Below, in pieces: positions 58,997-64,000 of a DNA stretch of 64,000 nt. Origin of the DNA: Candidatus Hydrogenedentota bacterium (lineage in GTDB: Bacteria > Hydrogenedentota > Hydrogenedentia > Hydrogenedentales > SLHB01); the NCBI GenBank assembly GCA_016215105.1, contig JACRLJ010000015.1, positions 1,438-65,437 of the forward strand, in the 5' to 3' direction. The position numbers were made by a program, and so were the translations under genes. The notes beneath the pieces are model-generated. The model searched no databases. It saw only the letters and a program-made list of their open reading frames with translations, and was not told the DNA's origin. Position 1 is the stretch's first letter. Every line of letters begins with the position of its first letter.

Positions 58997-60862
58997 TCAG
59001 CGCCTGGGAGTTGCCGTTTCCGGAAGTTCCGGAGTGAAATCCTCGCCGGGATTAATGAACTGATCCATCTCGAAGTTGTACTGTTTGTCATAGAGTTGCT
59101 TGTAACGTCCGCCGTGGTCGAGCAGTTCGGCATGCGTGCCGCGTTCGACAATCTCTCCTCCTTCAAGCACCAGAATCTGATCCGCGCTTCGGATGGTGCT
59201 GAGGCGGTGGGCAATGACAAAGGTGGTTCTGCCCTTGCGCAACGCACGCAGGCCATCCTGGATCATGGCTTCGCTCTCGCTGTCGAGACTCGAAGTCGCT
59301 TCGTCGAGGATAAGGATGGAGGGGTTGGCCAGAATGGCGCGGGCAATGGCGATGCGTTGACGCTGTCCGCCGGAAAGTTTGATACCCCGCTCACCGACAA
59401 GGCTGTCGTACTCCTGTTCGAATTGCCGAATGAATTCGTCGCAGTGCGCGATGCGGCTAACTTCGACAACTTCGCCGCGCGTAGCGTGGGGCTTCGAGAA
59501 CCGAATGTTGTCGGCGATGGTTCGGTCGAACAGGAAATTGTCTTGCATTACGATACCAAGATGACCTCGATAGTCTCGCAAGCGCGTGCTCGCCAAGTCA
59601 CGCTTGTCCACGACAATTCGCCCTTTCGACGGATGGTTGAACGCCATCACCAGCGAAATCAGGGTGCTCTTTCCGGACCCGCTTGACCCCACCAGCGCCG
59701 TGGTCGAGCCCGCCGGCGCGTGGAAGGACACGTCTCTCAACACGGGAACGCCGGGGTTGTACTCGAACCAGACTCCTTCAAATTCAACGTCTCCCCGCAC
59801 ATCGTTTACCACTTCCTTGGATACTTCTTCTTCGTCCTCGGTGGTTGTGTTCAAGATTTCCCGGATACGATCGAGACCGGCGAACGCTTCACTGATTTGC
59901 GTGCTGATGGAGGCAATCTGCACGACAGGCGCAGCGAGCATTCCCGTAAACAGGAGGTACTGCATGAAATCGCCGGGGGTCATGCTTCCGGCCATCATAG
60001 CGCGTCCGCCCACCGTGATCATGATGAAGCCAATAACACCGATGATCACGGTCGAAAACGCGGTGGTGGCTGAAACTCCGGTCATGGATTTGGCAATGTT
60101 ACGAAACAGGCGGTGTACGCCTTCGGCGAACACGATTTGTTCGCGCTTTTCAGCGGTATACGCCTTGACGATTCGGATACCACCGAGCGATTCCGACAAA
60201 CGTCCGGTCACCTCCGCATTGATTTGACCCCGTTCCCGAAACAGGGGACGCAGACGTTGGAACGTCGCGGCCATGAAACCGCCAAAGACGAGAAGAGTCA
60301 CCAAGATGAGAGCGGTAAGATGCCAATTGATGTAGAAAAGTATCCCGAGACACACCACGGCGGTCAATGAGCCGCCTACCATGTGGATGATCCCCGTCCC
60401 GATGAGATTGCGTATCCCTTCGGCGTCCGTCATGATGCGCGAGATGAGAACGCCGGTTTTTGTGGCGTCAAAGTAGCGCACGGGGAGGCGCAGGATATGT
60501 TGTTCGACCCGCTTGCGCATGTCGGTAATGGCGCGTTGCGCGGCGACGCCAATGATCTGTGAGAGCGCAAAGGAGGTGACGGCCTGTATCACGGTCGCAA
60601 TTGCCACGGCAAAGCTGATCGGGAGCAGGAGGTCAGCGAGTCGTGACTGAATGACCCCGTCAAAGACGTCTTTCGACAACCACGGTAGGACCAGACCCGC
60701 TGCCCGATTGATGAGCATCAAGACGAGCCCCAAGAGCAGGCGGCGCCGGTGCTCTGAAAGGAGTTCTCTGGCGTCTCGCCACGCTACCGACAAAGGGATG
60801 CGCTTCTTCTTCTCGGGTGTTGACATGTTTGATTCCTGCATTCGCTGATAAATCAGCGGCAA
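58997..60862 (-). CDS. ABC exporter, fused permease-ATPase (MsbA-like).
   Basis: Six TM N-terminal domain. Walker A GSSGSGKST, LSGGQRQRIAIARA and ILILDEATSSLD. The true start may be the internal Met at about 60826. Confidence 0.9.
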   Translation of the reverse strand: MPLIYQRMQESNMSTPEKKKRIPLSVAWRDARELLSEHRRRLLLGLVLMLINRAAGLVLPWLSKDVFDGVIQSRLADLLLPISFAVAIATVIQAVTSFALSQIIGVAAQRAITDMRKRVEQHILRLPVRYFDATKTGVLISRIMTDAEGIRNLIGTGIIHMVGGSLTAVVCLGILFYINWHLTALILVTLLVFGGFMAATFQRLRPLFRERGQINAEVTGRLSESLGGIRIVKAYTAEKREQIVFAEGVHRLFRNIAKSMTGVSATTAFSTVIIGVIGFIMITVGGRAMMAGSMTPGDFMQYLLFTGMLAAPVVQIASISTQISEAFAGLDRIREILNTTTEDEEEVSKEVVNDVRGDVEFEGVWFEYNPGVPVLRDVSFHAPAGSTTALVGSSGSGKSTLISLVMAFNHPSKGRIVVDKRDLASTRLRDYRGHLGIVMQDNFLFDRTIADNIRFSKPHATRGEVVEVSRIAHCDEFIRQFEQEYDSLVGERGIKLSGGQRQRIAIARAILANPSILILDEATSSLDSESEAMIQDGLRALRKGRTTFVIAHRLSTIRSADQILVLEGGEIVERGTHAELLDHGGRYKQLYDKQYNFEMDQFINPGEDFTPELPETATPRR

Positions 60863-61071
60863 ATTTGGAAACGACGAAAGGGCGTCCTGCCGCGGGCCCT
60901 TCCGGATCCTGATGCCAAGGTAGACGAAGCACTACCTCGAACTACCAAGTTCAATTTCGTTGTCAGCTACGTCTGCATCTTCGCCGTAAGTGATGCTGAC
61001 AAAGCAGGTATTATACGCAACTCCGGACTCCGGGTCGATGACGACGCTTCTTGCCGCGCGCGCCGCGGGGC

Positions 61072-63150
61072 TCATCGCTGCGCGGAGATTTCGTATAGGG
61101 CAATTTCGTTCGGCGCCAATACGCCCGTGGTCTCCGTCCAAACGCCGCGGGACTCGACACGGGCTGGCCGGGCCGCGCCGGTCTCGTCATACGGAATAAT
61201 GCGGCAGCCGTTGGACGCGCCCTCGATCCATGGGGTCATGTCACAGCCAAAGCGAATCGAGCGCGCATCTGCGCTGGTGTTGAGCACGAGGATCAACACG
61301 CGACTGCCGTGAACGTACCCATTGATCCGCGCTTCGTCGCAGGGTTTCGCCAAGACACAATCCCCGACCAGCAGTCCTTCCTCCAGATACGGCCGAAACT
61401 TCGCGTGGAGCGCCGCACAGGTCTTGAGCGCCCGGCTCAACTCCGGGTACTCGACAATCCGCGCTGAACCGTTAACGCCCTCGGGCTTCGAGGGCAGGAT
61501 GTTCATGAACAGGTGATCCACGAAAAGACGCTTGACCACCTTGGGCGAATTGCCAACGTTTACATTGAATCGCGGCGTCGCATACGCGTTCACCAGCGCG
61601 CGCCAGTCCAGGCTGTCCACAAACAGCGCCCAGTCCCAGGTGTAGTCCAGCCAGCGGCTGTCCAGGTCAATGTTGTTGAGGTTCTCGCCGGAGAACGTCG
61701 CATCGGGATCTTTGGCTGAAGCGGCGGCGCGCACCGCGGCGAATACCGTTTCGAGGTTGGGTTCAGCGGACGCGTGCATGGCCTGGTCCCAGCAAATGGA
61801 CGTCCAACCCCGTTCGACCATGCGCAGCAGACTTTTCGTGATGTCATTCTGCCAGCCCGGATGCGACTGAACGGCAAACGAGCCGCGCGACGCCTTGCCG
61901 TAGTACGGACGCAGCATGGGAACCAAATCGGTGTGGTAGCCCCAGTCTTCCTTGTTATCGTTCAGCCCGTACTTCTCGGGAAGCGGATTCAGCATGGTCA
62001 TGACCGAAATGAACAGCGACACATTGACGCCCAAGGCGCGGCACTCCGCGAGGGCTTGCTCGAATTCCTCGAGTGTGCCCAATTCTGGCGAAGGCTGGTC
62101 TGGAATCTCCCACGGTTGCCACACCCACAGGACCAATTCACAAAGACCGTGATCGCGGCATTCCTTCGCCAGACCGGGCAGATCGCTAAACCGCCACACG
62201 ACACTCGATCCTGCAGGATCGGCCTTGACGTATTGTTGCGCGAGCCATACCGTGCGGAAGCCCAGCGATTGGCGCAAGTGGCTTGGCAACGGATGCGGCC
62301 GCCGTACGTTCTCCTGAATCCACGCGCGGAATGGTTCGATGCCCTTGGCCCAACCGTGCCGGTGCGGCGTCAGCACGTACTCCGGGCTGGTCCACGCGCC
62401 TCCGGGCGCGATAGTAACTTGGTGTTCGCACATCAAGCGCAGCGCGCCGTCCAATTGTGAGAGGTGCAGAAGCACCCGCTCGGTCGCCGCCGTTCCCGAA
62501 GTGGTCAATTCCCCCCAACTCCACACCTTCGGAAAGAGGCTGATCCCGCCGCTCAAACTCCCCAGGTCCAGCCAACGCGCGCTCATGGTCTTGTCGTACG
62601 CGCCCCACTTCAGCTCCGTCCAGTTCTTCCGCCCGGCGTACCACCAGCCGTCGTCCTCCGGAAGCTCTAGTTCGACGAACGGCTTCATGACGCATCCGCA
62701 GGTGTGCAGCTCGGTCTGGTCCTTACCGGAGAACGGAAGCAGTCCCTCGAAATCCGGAAACAGGACTTGCGGAATGGCGATCTCGGATTCGTTCTTGATG
62801 GAGGCCGTCAAGATAATCGAGCGCCCGTCCTCGGCCGCGCGCATGCGCACCGTGGCAGAGACTGATCCCTTTGGCTTAAAGTCACGGCTCATCCCCAACG
62901 CGTCCCAGGCAATCTCGACGGCGCCATCGGTCTTAGTTACGCGCGCGCCCTTCGAATAGCGCGTACCAAGGCGCAACGGTTCGAACCCGTAGCCCGGATA
63001 CGCCGCATCCAGCAGCGAGGCGCTGCCCGGCGCCCGCCGGAGCATCGTCACCCCGTCGTATTCGAGCGAGAGCAGGCCGCCCGACTCTGAGTCAATGGAA
63101 ATGCGTAATCCATTCAGTTCTGCGCTGACGGGTTGTGTTGCTGTCTTCAT
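61072..63150 (-). CDS. Hypothetical cytoplasmic protein, possibly glycoside-hydrolase-like (TIM-barrel-like middle region).
   Basis: 692 aa, no signal peptide, coding-like composition. No confident family assignment. Confidence 0.55.
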   Translation of the reverse strand: MKTATQPVSAELNGLRISIDSESGGLLSLEYDGVTMLRRAPGSASLLDAAYPGYGFEPLRLGTRYSKGARVTKTDGAVEIAWDALGMSRDFKPKGSVSATVRMRAAEDGRSIILTASIKNESEIAIPQVLFPDFEGLLPFSGKDQTELHTCGCVMKPFVELELPEDDGWWYAGRKNWTELKWGAYDKTMSARWLDLGSLSGGISLFPKVWSWGELTTSGTAATERVLLHLSQLDGALRLMCEHQVTIAPGGAWTSPEYVLTPHRHGWAKGIEPFRAWIQENVRRPHPLPSHLRQSLGFRTVWLAQQYVKADPAGSSVVWRFSDLPGLAKECRDHGLCELVLWVWQPWEIPDQPSPELGTLEEFEQALAECRALGVNVSLFISVMTMLNPLPEKYGLNDNKEDWGYHTDLVPMLRPYYGKASRGSFAVQSHPGWQNDITKSLLRMVERGWTSICWDQAMHASAEPNLETVFAAVRAAASAKDPDATFSGENLNNIDLDSRWLDYTWDWALFVDSLDWRALVNAYATPRFNVNVGNSPKVVKRLFVDHLFMNILPSKPEGVNGSARIVEYPELSRALKTCAALHAKFRPYLEEGLLVGDCVLAKPCDEARINGYVHGSRVLILVLNTSADARSIRFGCDMTPWIEGASNGCRIIPYDETGAARPARVESRGVWTETTGVLAPNEIALYEISAQR

Positions 63151-63361
63151 TCCTCTCCCTTGATTGCCTTACAGGCGGCCTCCGGCCTTCGTCTGGCCGG
63201 TAACTACAACTAGACAGAACTCCACCATCTCCCACGACAAACCCCTCTATTGCCGCCCAGCGTCCTCATCATGAGCCGGACTAAGGGCGGGCAAAGACAC
63301 ATCCCGCAGAAAAGACAGGGCAATAGCCGATGACGACGGCGGGGAATCTCCTGTGCGATGG

Positions 63362-63739
63362 TTAGATTCTGTACGGAACGCGGATACCATTCCATTCAGA
63401 GTTGAAGTCCTTGGTATTGCGCGAGACAAGCACCGCGTCGTTTGTTTGCGCGGTCGCCCAGATGATAGCGTCGGGCAGGCGTAGATGATGAGCACGGCGC
63501 AATCCTACGGCTGCTTCCGCGACTGTCAAGTCAAGCGAGATGATTTCGAAATGCGTTTCAAGAAAGTCGCGCAATTCGGAGTCGTCACCCTGCGCGCCGA
63601 CCAAGATCTCCATCCACGTAATGCGGCTGATAAATACACGCTCGTAACGGACGTATTCGTCGTCGGCTTGTGACAGACCGTTCAGCGCATCTATGACAAT
63701 GTTCGTGTCAAAAACGGCGATCACGCCCGCAGGTCCCAC
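63362..63739 (-). CDS. vapC: PIN-domain toxin (VapC-like).
   Basis: VFDTNIVIDAL N-terminal acidic motif. 125 aa. Conserved D...E...D...D spacing. Confidence 0.8.
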   Translation of the reverse strand: MGPAGVIAVFDTNIVIDALNGLSQADDEYVRYERVFISRITWMEILVGAQGDDSELRDFLETHFEIISLDLTVAEAAVGLRRAHHLRLPDAIIWATAQTNDAVLVSRNTKDFNSEWNGIRVPYRI

Positions 63740-63951
63740 TCAGAGCGAAGAGTACGCTGGTAATCGAGCGCGTCAACCTTTCGCTCGCGCCACGAACCGA
63801 AGGCTGGATGTTGGCGCAGGGAGCGGTGTTTCAGCCGCTGTTGCGCAGTCGTCACTTGTTGCTGCAAGAACGTGACGAAATCGAGCACCTCGCTCTGTTT
63901 TTCCAGCGGCAACTGACGCAGTTGCTGTTGAATTTTGTCCATCTGGCTCAT
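63721..63951 (-). CDS. Putative antitoxin (VapB/DUF2281-like) overlapping the vapC start by 19 nt.
   Basis: MSQMDKIQQQLRQLPLEKQSEVLDFVTFLQQQ. Small, and translationally coupled to the PIN gene. The start is ambiguous (63951 or 63942). Confidence 0.55.
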   Translation of the reverse strand: MSQMDKIQQQLRQLPLEKQSEVLDFVTFLQQQVTTAQQRLKHRSLRQHPAFGSWRERKVDALDYQRTLRSEWDLRA

Positions 63952-64000
63952 CTCTTTATCCTTCCAGACAGCTAAAGGGCAAGCAACGATCTGCATAAAT

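Overview
High-GC (about 60-65%) bacterial chromosomal window with dense, mostly non-overlapping genes and no rRNA, tRNA or CRISPR. Gene content is dominated by secreted and cytoplasmic carbohydrate-active enzymes: a GH9-like cellulase, an NPCBM/alpha-galactosidase, GH29 fucosidase, GH2, GH20 and a five-bladed propeller hydrolase, a beta-helix/NPCBM protein, galactokinase and a MalK-like ATPase. Housekeeping genes (purN, amtB, dapF, ddl, pyrD, ahcY), pseudopilin/PilX-like genes, MarR and GntR regulators, ABC transporters and a VapBC pair are interspersed. This content is compatible with a PVC-superphylum-like glycan degrader, but that phylum call is inference only. The ORF track has many long antisense shadow ORFs typical of high-GC DNA, and it omits a real 3'-partial gene at the left edge (minus strand 1..1633), which I recovered by translating the reverse strand by hand. 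The most unusual signals are: (1) two dispersed intergenic MITE/REP-like repeat families, 5 copies each, one with about 27-bp terminal inverted repeats; (2) a 1373-aa protein of about 13 tandem 77-aa coiled-coil repeats, a TM helix and C-terminal LRRs, divergent from a Zn-ribbon/T2SSE_N/HDOD signalling protein; (3) a lower-GC three-gene operon of secreted proteins with no recognisable domains. All homology statements come from motif recognition by eye, not from database searches.
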